DNA from: Candidatus Omnitrophota bacterium
GTDB taxonomy: Bacteria > Omnitrophota > Gorgyraeia > Gygaellales > Profunditerraquicolaceae
Reading direction: 5' to 3'
NCBI GenBank assembly: GCA_041648915.1
Contig: JBAZOC010000002.1
Span: 2,175 to 66,174, forward strand
DNA: 64,000 nt
Positions 52,392-61,445 of the stretch are shown piece by piece. The notes under the pieces were generated by a model. It made no database searches. It was not told the DNA's origin and saw only the letters and a program-made list of their open reading frames with translations. Both the position numbers and the translations under genes were made by a program. How positions within the stretch are numbered: position 1 is the stretch's first letter; every line of letters begins with the position of its first letter.

Positions 52392-55300
52392 CACCAAAAA
52401 CAATTACCAGAAATTCCGGCAACATCTTAAATCCGGAGGTTTGATGTATAGTTTTTGGCGGGGCTTGAAGTATTTAAAATTTTTGGCCAAAAAACAAAGT
52501 CCAGACGGAGTTTCATTATTAGCCGGAGAGAAGATGCTTAGGCTGGTTTATTCTCACTGTGGCTTAAACATCTTATACAATAATATACCGCTTACTAGCG
52601 GGGTAGGCTTGAATATAGCTGTTAATACCGTAGGGGGCTGGACAGATTCTTCAATAGCCGAATGGCAAGTATTAAAGAGGAGTGAAGATTTTATTAAACT
52701 TAAAATAACCTTTCGGGAATTGCCTTTAGCGTTTTTCTGGGATTTGAAAATAGTAAATCAGCAGCATATAGATTGGCAGGTCTATCTTCGGGCCGAGGAG
52801 TATCTGGTGATAGATGAATTGCGCATAGTTTGCCTGCTTAAGCCGGATTATAGATCCTGGTTTACTGAAAATAAGCTTATGGATTTTCCTAAATTTGAAG
52901 ACGCCTGGCAGGACTTATGCTTTATTGACCAACCGGCTTCTTCAATCGGAGCAATATCCGGTAGCGGCATTTTACCTTATTTTATACTAAAAGGCATTGG
53001 CGGGAACACCCGACCCTTCATCCAAAATACTCCTAAAAGAATGCCGTCCCGTTGTATTGGTTTTAGAATGATTCAACCCGGGGAATACCCCAGGGGCAAT
53101 TACCAGATTTTTCAAGGCAGGATAATTTTAACCACTAATGTCCTAGCACTGAAAAAAGTGGCAGGTAAGTTGTCGGATAAACTAGTCAACCTTAAGCCCA
53201 AAGTTTTACTGGTTAATCTCCCCTGGAAAAAAGAGGGCAGGTGGGGGGTAAGGGCCGGCTCGCGCTGGCCGCATATTAAAGATGAAACCGAAGAAGGAAA
53301 TTATTTGCCTTTTCCTTTTTTTCTGGCTTATGCTGCCAGCCTATTAAGAAAATATGATTTTAAGGCCTGTTTGATTGATGCGCTGGCAGATAAGATAAAC
53401 ACAGAAGAACTATTCAGGCAGATTAAGGCCAGCGCACCGGATTTATTGGTGGTGGAGACTTCCATCCCTTCGTTAAATCACGACTTGGAGTTGTTAAATA
53501 GAATCGGCAATAAAAATTTTAAAATTTGCCTCTGCGGCCCGGTATTTAACCTGAGAGAACCGGATTTCCTTAAGGATAATAAATTCATTGATTATGTTCT
53601 CAGCGGTGAATACGAATATCCCCTGCTGGATTTGGCCCGGGCCATTTCCGGAGAGATAGACTTTCAAAATATCCACGGATTAATCCAGCGAGAGACTGAT
53701 ACTGATACGGTTAAGGTAAATCCTTGCGGAGAGTTAATAGATTTAGATAGTCTACCCTGGCCGTTAAGGGAAGGCCTGCCGATGGAAAAATATTGCGATA
53801 CTCCCGGCGCAATACCCTTGCCTTCAGCCCAGATGATCGCGTCACGGGGTTGCCCTTTTGGTTGTGGTTTCTGTCTTTGGCCGCAGGTAATGTACCAGGG
53901 CAGCCAATACCGCTCCAGGCGTATTAGCGATATTGTGGATGAGATGGAATATTTAGTTAAAACAATGGGTTTTAAGTCAATTTATTTTGACGACGATACG
54001 TTTAATATCGGTAAAGAGAGGATGCTGGAGTTCTGCCGGCAGCTCAAAGAACGGGGTTTACATAAGATACCCTGGGCAATTATGGCCAGGCCTGATCTGA
54101 TGGATGAAGAAGTGCTTACCCGGATGAAAGAGGCTGGTTTAGCTGCGGTAAAATATGGAGTAGAATCTTCTTCTCAGGAGCTTCTGGATAACTGCGGTAA
54201 AAATATGGATTTAAAAAAAGCCGAGAAGATGATTTTATTTACCAGGGGTTTAGGCATTAAAACTCATCTTACCTTTACCTTTGGCCTGCCCGGAGAGACC
54301 AGGCAAACTATAGAGCAAACCATAAAATATGCCCTTAAACTAAAACCTTATTCAGTCCAGTTTTCCATTACTACGCCTTTTCCGGGAACCAGGTATTATG
54401 ATGAACTGGAGAGCAAGGGTTTGATTGCCAATAAAAATTGGGATGAATATGACGGAAATTTTAAGAGTGTGATCCGGTTAGAGCACCTATCCAAAGAAGA
54501 GCTGGAGTTTTCCCGGAAAAGGGCCTATAAGATATGGGCGGCAGCAAAGGCTAATAAGAATGATTTCAAAAAAATATGGCAGAAATTTTTTACCTACCGT
54601 AAACAGGGGGGTATCCGCCTTGGCTTGAATAAAGCTTTTCAGTATTTAAAAAAGAAAAAAATAACTTATCTATTAGATAAATTTCAAGGCGATTATTTAA
54701 ATATTCTGGGAATTTTAAACGGCAGCCGGGCCTTTAAAGGGCCGGATATGCTTCAGATTGATTTAACCGATCACTGCAACAATAACTGTATTGCCTGTTG
54801 GTGTAATTCGCCGTTATTAAACCGGGAGAGGTTAGCTAGGCCAAAATACTCTTTGCCCAAGGACTTGATTAAGGGAGTCATTGTTGAGGCGCGCGACCTG
54901 GGGTTAAAAGAAATATATTTTTCCGGAGGCGGGGAGCCATTTATGCATCCGGATTGCCTGGAGATAATTGCCTACGCTAAAAAGAAAAAGATTACCTGTT
55001 CGGTAAATACCAATTTTACCCTGGTTAATGAAGATATTATTGATAGATTGATTGATCTTGGCCTGGATAACCTTACGGTAAGCGTCTGGTCAGGCACGCC
55101 TGAGTCCTATAAATCAATGCACCCGAACAGGAGCGCGGAAGACTTCTATAAGATTCGCGACAAGCTGTACTTTCTTAATTCCCGTAAGTATACCTATCCT
55201 TATGTAAAGATTTATAACGTTATCTGTAGCCTTAATTATGACCAGATAAAACCAATCCTGGGTTTTACGGAGCAGACTAAATCTGATTCTGTGGAGTTTA

Positions 55301-55842
55301 CCGTGGTGGACACTATACCCGGGGCTACGGATAAACTCCTGCTTTCCGATGGACAGAGAAAGGCAATATTAGAGCAATTCAGCCAGGTCAACCAAGATGG
55401 AAAAAAAATAATTAACCGGGAGCATTTTTTACGCCGGATCGCCAACCAAGATGCCCGGCAAGCCGAATACGACAGCCGCTTTATCGATACCCTGCCTTGC
55501 TATATAGGATGGCTTTTTGCCCGGATTATGCCTAATGGAGACGTAAACTCCTGCCTTAAATCTCACCGTTTTCCGGTAGGTAATATACACCAGGAGTCCT
55601 TTAAGGATATCTGGAATTCCCGCAAGCAAATGTACTTCAGGAATAAGACTAAAAGCGCGAATAAGGAGGATCCCTTTTTTAAGCTGATCGGTAATGACCC
55701 CGACTCTAGGATCGGATGTTATAAGAGCTGTGACAATATCGCCAGGAATATAGCCATGGATAAAAAAATAAAGTCGCTTACTGTTTATGACAAGGTTGTC
55801 CTTAAGCTTTTAGGCAGGATAAAAGCATTTAACCGTATTTAA
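52384..55842 (+). CDS. three-part protein: Wzt-tail-like module + B12-binding radical SAM domain + second radical SAM domain with a SPASM/twitch-like C-terminus
   Basis: aa ~50-250 align to the Wzt repeats. B12-binding-like region VLLVNLPW...RAGSRWPH...LLVVETS. First cluster CPFGCGFC (nt 53851-53874) and second cluster CNNNCIAC (nt 54775-54798). TTG start uncertain. Confidence 0.85.
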   Translation: MDNTKNNYQKFRQHLKSGGLMYSFWRGLKYLKFLAKKQSPDGVSLLAGEKMLRLVYSHCGLNILYNNIPLTSGVGLNIAVNTVGGWTDSSIAEWQVLKRSEDFIKLKITFRELPLAFFWDLKIVNQQHIDWQVYLRAEEYLVIDELRIVCLLKPDYRSWFTENKLMDFPKFEDAWQDLCFIDQPASSIGAISGSGILPYFILKGIGGNTRPFIQNTPKRMPSRCIGFRMIQPGEYPRGNYQIFQGRIILTTNVLALKKVAGKLSDKLVNLKPKVLLVNLPWKKEGRWGVRAGSRWPHIKDETEEGNYLPFPFFLAYAASLLRKYDFKACLIDALADKINTEELFRQIKASAPDLLVVETSIPSLNHDLELLNRIGNKNFKICLCGPVFNLREPDFLKDNKFIDYVLSGEYEYPLLDLARAISGEIDFQNIHGLIQRETDTDTVKVNPCGELIDLDSLPWPLREGLPMEKYCDTPGAIPLPSAQMIASRGCPFGCGFCLWPQVMYQGSQYRSRRISDIVDEMEYLVKTMGFKSIYFDDDTFNIGKERMLEFCRQLKERGLHKIPWAIMARPDLMDEEVLTRMKEAGLAAVKYGVESSSQELLDNCGKNMDLKKAEKMILFTRGLGIKTHLTFTFGLPGETRQTIEQTIKYALKLKPYSVQFSITTPFPGTRYYDELESKGLIANKNWDEYDGNFKSVIRLEHLSKEELEFSRKRAYKIWAAAKANKNDFKKIWQKFFTYRKQGGIRLGLNKAFQYLKKKKITYLLDKFQGDYLNILGILNGSRAFKGPDMLQIDLTDHCNNNCIACWCNSPLLNRERLARPKYSLPKDLIKGVIVEARDLGLKEIYFSGGGEPFMHPDCLEIIAYAKKKKITCSVNTNFTLVNEDIIDRLIDLGLDNLTVSVWSGTPESYKSMHPNRSAEDFYKIRDKLYFLNSRKYTYPYVKIYNVICSLNYDQIKPILGFTEQTKSDSVEFTVVDTIPGATDKLLLSDGQRKAILEQFSQVNQDGKKIINREHFLRRIANQDARQAEYDSRFIDTLPCYIGWLFARIMPNGDVNSCLKSHRFPVGNIHQESFKDIWNSRKQMYFRNKTKSANKEDPFFKLIGNDPDSRIGCYKSCDNIARNIAMDKKIKSLTVYDKVVLKLLGRIKAFNRI

Positions 55843-55844
55843 AT

Positions 55845-57299
55845 ATGCAAGATAGCGTAGAACGTAATATTATTCAAGACGCCGATATACTTTTGGTGGT
55901 AACTCCGCCGGTTTTTACCATGATGCCCCATATCGGAGTCGCTTATTTATCAAGTTTTTTAAGGGATCGAGGCTTTCGGGTCGATGTCCATGATTTGAGC
56001 CTAAGGCTGTTCAATAAAGCCAGGCCGGGTTTAAAACGCTTCTGGAGAGTGGATTGTGTTAATTCATTTTTTCAGGAGCAGATTGCCGCAAACATATTCA
56101 AAAATTTTAACAGGGAACTGGACGGGTTTGTAGAGGCTATTCTTTCGACGAGAACCAAGGTCATCGGTTTTTCGGTAAATCTTATCAGTATCTACCTGGC
56201 TAACAAGATAGCCGAAAAGATCAAGCGAAAGGATCCCGAGAGGCTCATCATCTTCGGCGGACCGGGCACTTTTTTTAAGCACCCCCGCGATTTGATTGTT
56301 CCTGCCTTTGCCGATATTTATGTTATCGGAGAGGGAGAAAATACGCTTTTAAGTATTCTAAAGGCCTGCTACAACAACGCCAAAATCGTCAGTGCTCCGG
56401 GAATACTTTTGGCTAAGGACTTGGGCAAAATTGAGCCTCTCCTTCCTGAAGCAATCCAGGATTTGAATCAAATCCCTTTTCCGGATTTTTCCGGGTTTAG
56501 GCTAAGAGAATATAACCAGGGTTTTGATTATAAGCCGCTGCCTTTATTATTAAGCCGGGGGTGTACCAGGCGTTGCACTTATTGTATAGACCATATTATG
56601 TGGCCTAAGTATAGGTTTAGGGCGCCGAGCCAGATTATGGAAGAAATCAACTACCATATGCTAAAAAATAATACCAGGGCTTTTGAATTTATTGACCTTA
56701 TCTGTAACGGCAATCTGGAGCAGCTTTCCGGCATCTCGGATTTAATAATCGCATCTAAGTTAAAATTTGAATGGGTTAGTTACGCCATTATAAGGAAAGA
56801 TATGGAGTTTTCTTTATTCTCTAAATTAAACCAAGCGGGTTGCCATACCCTTATTTATGGGGTAGAGAGTGGTTCAGACAGGATACTTAAAAAAATGGGC
56901 AAGGCTTATACTGCCCAGGAAGCTTCTGAGGTAATCCGGAAGACCCACCAGGCCGGTATCTGCACCAATATTAATATCATTGTGGGTTTTCCGGGAGAGA
57001 CCGAGGACGATTTTAATCAAACGATTGATTTTATACTTAAAAATAAAGACTCTATCGATGAAATAACCAATATTTCGGGATTTACTCTCTTTCCTGCAGC
57101 CGAAGTAGGAGTAAATAAAGATAGCTACGGAGTTTCCTGGCAGGAAGGGACTGACCCCATGCTTTTTACCGATGCTAACGGCCTTGACCGCCAGGCCAGG
57201 AATAAGAGGGTAGCAAAGCTGGTAGGGATAGTAAATGGCCTTAAGCTTAATAAGGCAATCGTAAATAAACCGGTATTAAATCCCCAGGTTAGGCAATGA
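55845..57299 (+). CDS. B12-binding-domain radical SAM protein (class B)
   Basis: N-terminal Rossmann-like region (ILLVVTPP...GVAYLSSFLR..GF.V.V.DL...IFGGPG) and cluster CTRRCTYC. Confidence 0.85.
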   Translation: MQDSVERNIIQDADILLVVTPPVFTMMPHIGVAYLSSFLRDRGFRVDVHDLSLRLFNKARPGLKRFWRVDCVNSFFQEQIAANIFKNFNRELDGFVEAILSTRTKVIGFSVNLISIYLANKIAEKIKRKDPERLIIFGGPGTFFKHPRDLIVPAFADIYVIGEGENTLLSILKACYNNAKIVSAPGILLAKDLGKIEPLLPEAIQDLNQIPFPDFSGFRLREYNQGFDYKPLPLLLSRGCTRRCTYCIDHIMWPKYRFRAPSQIMEEINYHMLKNNTRAFEFIDLICNGNLEQLSGISDLIIASKLKFEWVSYAIIRKDMEFSLFSKLNQAGCHTLIYGVESGSDRILKKMGKAYTAQEASEVIRKTHQAGICTNINIIVGFPGETEDDFNQTIDFILKNKDSIDEITNISGFTLFPAAEVGVNKDSYGVSWQEGTDPMLFTDANGLDRQARNKRVAKLVGIVNGLKLNKAIVNKPVLNPQVRQ

Positions 57300-57418
57300 G
57301 AAGAGGCCTAAGAAGTAAAATAATATTCTTAGTGGTCGCTATGTTTTCTATCTTAGTTGAATTTTACCACATTATGCTAAAAGGGTTGCGCGGCTGGACT
57401 CTTTTCCCCGGAGGATAG
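57296..57418 (+). CDS. 40-aa small single-TM ORF, hypothetical
   Basis: Found by hand. ATGA overlap with the upstream stop, and it ends 3 nt before the next start. Translation: MRRGLRSKIIFLVVAMFSILVEFYHIMLKGLRGWTLFPGG. Confidence 0.35.
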   Translation: MRRGLRSKIIFLVVAMFSILVEFYHIMLKGLRGWTLFPGG

Positions 57419-57421
57419 ACC

Positions 57422-58591
57422 TTGAAGATATTAATGCTCCATCCGCATGATATCTTTTCTTATGCCGAGCCTTGGACCATCAGGATCGTCAGCCTGGCCC
57501 AGGAGTTTAGGGCTAGCGGGCATCAGGTTAAATTAGCTTATTGTCCTTTAGGGGTTAAAGAAGAAAAAAGGCGTATGGATATCAAGGGGATAGAAATAAT
57601 TACCTTGAGCAGGAGAGCCGGAATCAATAATCTGTTTGGTAATTTTCTGAAGATAAAAAAAGCTTCCCAATGGGCACAGATCATCCATTTCCAGAAATAC
57701 TTCCACTATATATCCATACCTGCGCTTCTGTGTAGTTGGTGTTTAAATAAGCCTATACACTATGATTGGGATGATTGGGAAGAAAAGATCTGGCAGCATT
57801 CCAATAAGAAGTCCATCCATTCTTTTATTTTTGGCCGGTTTATCCGGCTTTTAGAAACGTATATTCCAAAATTAGTGGATACGATCTCAGTCTCCAGCCG
57901 TAAACTGGAACAAATCTGCCTGGCTTCAGGCGTAGCAAGAGACCGTATTTTCCATGTTCCCGTAGGGGCGGACCTAAAAAAATTCGGCCCGCATATCTCC
58001 GGTAGAAGGATAAGGAAAGAATGTGGCTTAGGCGGAGAGCCCGTAATTATGTATATCGGCCAACTGCACAGCGGCCAGTATACTCAGATTTTGCTGGAGG
58101 CGGCCAATATTGTCCTGCACCATTATCCCGAGGCCCGTTTTCTGATTATCGGTAAAGGTTATATGCTAGAGCAGCTGAAAGAATTAGTCAGGCAGCGGGG
58201 AGTAAAGGAGCGGATAGTATTTACCGATTCCATAGCCTATGAATTTATCCCCGAATATATAGCGGCTGCTGATATCTGCGTAGCTCCTTTTGAGGATAAT
58301 GCGATAACTATCTGTAAAAGCCCCCTGAAGGTCGCTGAATACCTGGCCTCCGGTAAGCCGATTGTGGCTTCTTTGGTAGGTGAAATACGCAATATGGCTG
58401 GCGGCGCAGGCTTATTAGTAAAACCGGGTAATCACATAGCTTTGGCTGAAGGGATTATTTCTTTGCTTAAAGATGATAAATTAAGAGAGAAGATGGGCTT
58501 AATCAGCAGGCGCCGCGCCGAAGACAAATACAATTGGCCGCACGCAGCAGGAGAGATTTTAAAAGCCTATAAGAAGGCTTTCAACCTTTAG
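57422..58591 (+). CDS. GT4-family (GT-B) glycosyltransferase
   Basis: C-terminal EX7E-type region (PFEDNAITICKSPLKVAEYLASGKPIV). TTG start. Confidence 0.82.
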   Translation: MKILMLHPHDIFSYAEPWTIRIVSLAQEFRASGHQVKLAYCPLGVKEEKRRMDIKGIEIITLSRRAGINNLFGNFLKIKKASQWAQIIHFQKYFHYISIPALLCSWCLNKPIHYDWDDWEEKIWQHSNKKSIHSFIFGRFIRLLETYIPKLVDTISVSSRKLEQICLASGVARDRIFHVPVGADLKKFGPHISGRRIRKECGLGGEPVIMYIGQLHSGQYTQILLEAANIVLHHYPEARFLIIGKGYMLEQLKELVRQRGVKERIVFTDSIAYEFIPEYIAAADICVAPFEDNAITICKSPLKVAEYLASGKPIVASLVGEIRNMAGGAGLLVKPGNHIALAEGIISLLKDDKLREKMGLISRRRAEDKYNWPHAAGEILKAYKKAFNL

Positions 58592-58603
58592 CGGAGGGTT
58601 AAG

Positions 58604-59533
58604 ATGGTATCGGTTATTGTCCCCGTCTATAATGAAGAAAAAAACTTAACGCCTATTAATTCCCGGCTTATAGAGATTTTGAGCAAGTTAAATAAAGAAT
58701 ATGAAATTATCTACATAGATGATTGCAGCAAAGACGCTAGTTACACTGTCCTAAGAGAATTGGCTAATGCTAGTAATAGATTAAAAATAATAAGTTTAAG
58801 CCGGAATTTCGGCCAGACTTTGGCCATTCAAGCCGGCATAGATAATGCCCGAGGAGATATCCTGGTTTTTATTGATGCGGATATGCAGAATGACCCCGCA
58901 GATATACCTAAGCTATTATCCAAGATAGAAGAGGGTTACGATGTAGTCAGCGGCTGGCGCAGGCAGAGGAAAGATACCTTGTTGAGCAAGAAGCTTCCTT
59001 CGTTTATCGCTAATAGCCTGATCTCCTTGCTATTTAAGACCCGTATTCACGACCTTGGCTGCGCCCTGAAAGCTTATAAAAAAGAGGTATTTTCGAATAT
59101 TAGGCTATATGGCGAGATGCACCGATTGTTGCCTTTATATGCCGCAATCAACGGCGCTTCCATCGCCGAAGTTGAAGTCAGGCATAATTCCAGGTCTGCC
59201 GGAAAGAGCCATTATGGGTGGTCGCGGCTCTTTAAAGTAAGCCTGGATTTAATAACTGTCAGGTTCTTTGAAGGTTATGCGACTAAGCCCATCTATTTCT
59301 TCGGCGGGGTAGGAGTTTTTTCCCTGTCTTTGGGTATGCTAGCTGGCATTATAGTTATAGTAAGGAAAATATTATTCCAGGGTATCTGGGTCAGCCCGTT
59401 ATTATTTACTTCTTTTTTATTCATTCTGGTAGGTATACAGTTAATCCTAATCGGCTTATTGGCCGAAATAACCATCCGTATTTATTATAAATCTGCTAAC
59501 AATCCAACATATATTATCAGGGATAAGCATTAA
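58604..59533 (+). CDS. GT2-family polyprenyl-phosphate sugar synthase (ArnC/GtrB/DPM1-like) with two C-terminal TM helices
   Basis: VSVIVPVYNEE, IIYIDDCSKD, FIDADMQNDP, then a C-terminal hydrophobic pair. Confidence 0.85.
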   Translation: MVSVIVPVYNEEKNLTPINSRLIEILSKLNKEYEIIYIDDCSKDASYTVLRELANASNRLKIISLSRNFGQTLAIQAGIDNARGDILVFIDADMQNDPADIPKLLSKIEEGYDVVSGWRRQRKDTLLSKKLPSFIANSLISLLFKTRIHDLGCALKAYKKEVFSNIRLYGEMHRLLPLYAAINGASIAEVEVRHNSRSAGKSHYGWSRLFKVSLDLITVRFFEGYATKPIYFFGGVGVFSLSLGMLAGIIVIVRKILFQGIWVSPLLFTSFLFILVGIQLILIGLLAEITIRIYYKSANNPTYIIRDKH

Positions 59534-59544
59534 ATTCTCAAATT

Positions 59545-61434
59545 ATGTGCGGTATAACCGGATTTGCCTCGGCAAAAATCAATTCCCCTCAACTAAAATC
59601 AGAAATATTATCTGGAATGCTTAAGTCCATCCGCCATCGCGGCCCCGATGATGAAGGGGCTATGCTGGAAGGTGCTATCGCTTTAGCCGCCGCCAGGTTA
59701 AGTATTATCGATATAGACGGAGGCCGCCAGCCCATCCACAACGAAAATAAAACTATCTGGATAGTCTTCAATGGAGAGGTCTACAATTACCCCCAGTTAA
59801 GGCAAGAGCTTATAAAACAAGGGCATATCTTCTCTACGCATAGCGATACCGAAGTCATTGTGCATCTTTATGAAGAATACGGTTATGCCTGTATTGAAAA
59901 AATGGAAGGCATGTTTGCCTTTTGTATCTGGGATAAAAATAAACGTATTCTATTCCTGGGCCGTGACCGTTTCGGCATAAAACCGCTATACTATACCCGG
60001 CTAAACTCAGAGTTTATCTTTGCTTCGGAAATTAAATCCATACTGAAATTTCCCGGGATTAGCCGGGAGATGGACCTGGTTTCCCTGGAGCAATACCTGG
60101 CTTTGGAGTATGTACCCAGCCCGCGCTCTATATTCAAAGGCATTAAAAAATTATCGGCGGCTAACTTTTTAATCTATAACTATGTTAATCAAGTTATAAC
60201 GATTACTGAATATTGGAAAATGGATTTTGCGCATAAATATGATAAGAAACAGCCGCAGAAGGCCTTAGCCGGGCTTTTAAAAGATTCTCTGAAAAAACAT
60301 CTAATCAGCGATGTACCGGTAGGTATTTTTTTAAGCGGAGGCATTGATTCGAGTATGTTGTTAGCTTTTGTCCGGATGCTCAATCCGGCTAAAATCAAGA
60401 CTTTCTCCATGGGTTTTGAGGAAGATTCTTTTGATGAGTCCAGGTACATCCAAAGAGTATCCGGTTTATTTGAAACACAGCATTATCATTATATGTTTAG
60501 GTGCAGGGATCTGCGGGATTCTCTTCTTTGCGCCGGTTCATTATTAGATGAGCCGTTGGCCGACGCTTCATTTTTTCCTACCTACTTGTTGTCAAAATTC
60601 GCCCGTCGAGAAGTCAAGGCAGTCCTAAGCGGCGACGGAGGTGATGAGATATTCGCCGGATACCCTACTTACCCGGCACATAAGTTAATGGAATACTATC
60701 ATTGGATACCCGCTTGCCTCAGGCAGAATTTGCTTAACCGGCTCATTAACCGCCTGCCGGTCTCTTTGAATAACTTTAGCCTTGATTTTAAAATGAAGAG
60801 GATGGTCTCTTCCGGAGACCTGCCATTAGAGATCAGGCACCTTTCCTGGATGGGTGCCTTTAGCCATAAAGAGAGGCAGGATCTATGCCTGCCCGGCTTG
60901 ACCCGTTATTTTAGCCAGGATGCTTCAACTGAATTACTCGCCAGCTATCTGCATGAATTTAAAGCACGGGGTAACCTGGATAAGCTGCAATACCTGGATA
61001 TTAAAACTTATTTGCAGGATGATATTCTGGTAAAGACTGACCGGGCCAGCATGCTTAACTCATTAGAGGTGCGCCTTCCGTATTTAGACCGCCGGTTGGC
61101 TGAATTTATGTTCAGTCTACCAGAAAATTTAAAATTAAGGAGGTTTAAAACCAAATATATCTTTAAGCAAACAGCAAGCAGATTGCTCCCTCCGGAGATC
61201 GTGAATAGAAGTAAAAAAGGCTTTGGGATCCCGGTAGGTTTTTGGATTAAGTCTGGGCTTAGAGATATGGTCTTGGATGTTTTGGCAGAAGAGAAGGTTA
61301 AAAAAGACGGAATTTTTAATTATAAATATATAAATAATATGTTGAGCCAGCATTTAAGCAATAAAGCGGATAACCGTAAGAAGATCTGGACAATCTTTAT
61401 GTTTCAGCTATGGCTTAATCAGTATTTAAGGTAG
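59545..61434 (+). CDS. asnB: asparagine synthase (glutamine-hydrolysing) family amidotransferase
   Basis: N-terminal MCGI nucleophile and the PP-loop FLSGGIDSS. Confidence 0.9.
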   Translation: MCGITGFASAKINSPQLKSEILSGMLKSIRHRGPDDEGAMLEGAIALAAARLSIIDIDGGRQPIHNENKTIWIVFNGEVYNYPQLRQELIKQGHIFSTHSDTEVIVHLYEEYGYACIEKMEGMFAFCIWDKNKRILFLGRDRFGIKPLYYTRLNSEFIFASEIKSILKFPGISREMDLVSLEQYLALEYVPSPRSIFKGIKKLSAANFLIYNYVNQVITITEYWKMDFAHKYDKKQPQKALAGLLKDSLKKHLISDVPVGIFLSGGIDSSMLLAFVRMLNPAKIKTFSMGFEEDSFDESRYIQRVSGLFETQHYHYMFRCRDLRDSLLCAGSLLDEPLADASFFPTYLLSKFARREVKAVLSGDGGDEIFAGYPTYPAHKLMEYYHWIPACLRQNLLNRLINRLPVSLNNFSLDFKMKRMVSSGDLPLEIRHLSWMGAFSHKERQDLCLPGLTRYFSQDASTELLASYLHEFKARGNLDKLQYLDIKTYLQDDILVKTDRASMLNSLEVRLPYLDRRLAEFMFSLPENLKLRRFKTKYIFKQTASRLLPPEIVNRSKKGFGIPVGFWIKSGLRDMVLDVLAEEKVKKDGIFNYKYINNMLSQHLSNKADNRKKIWTIFMFQLWLNQYLR

Positions 61435-61445
61435 GCAAGGCGAGC

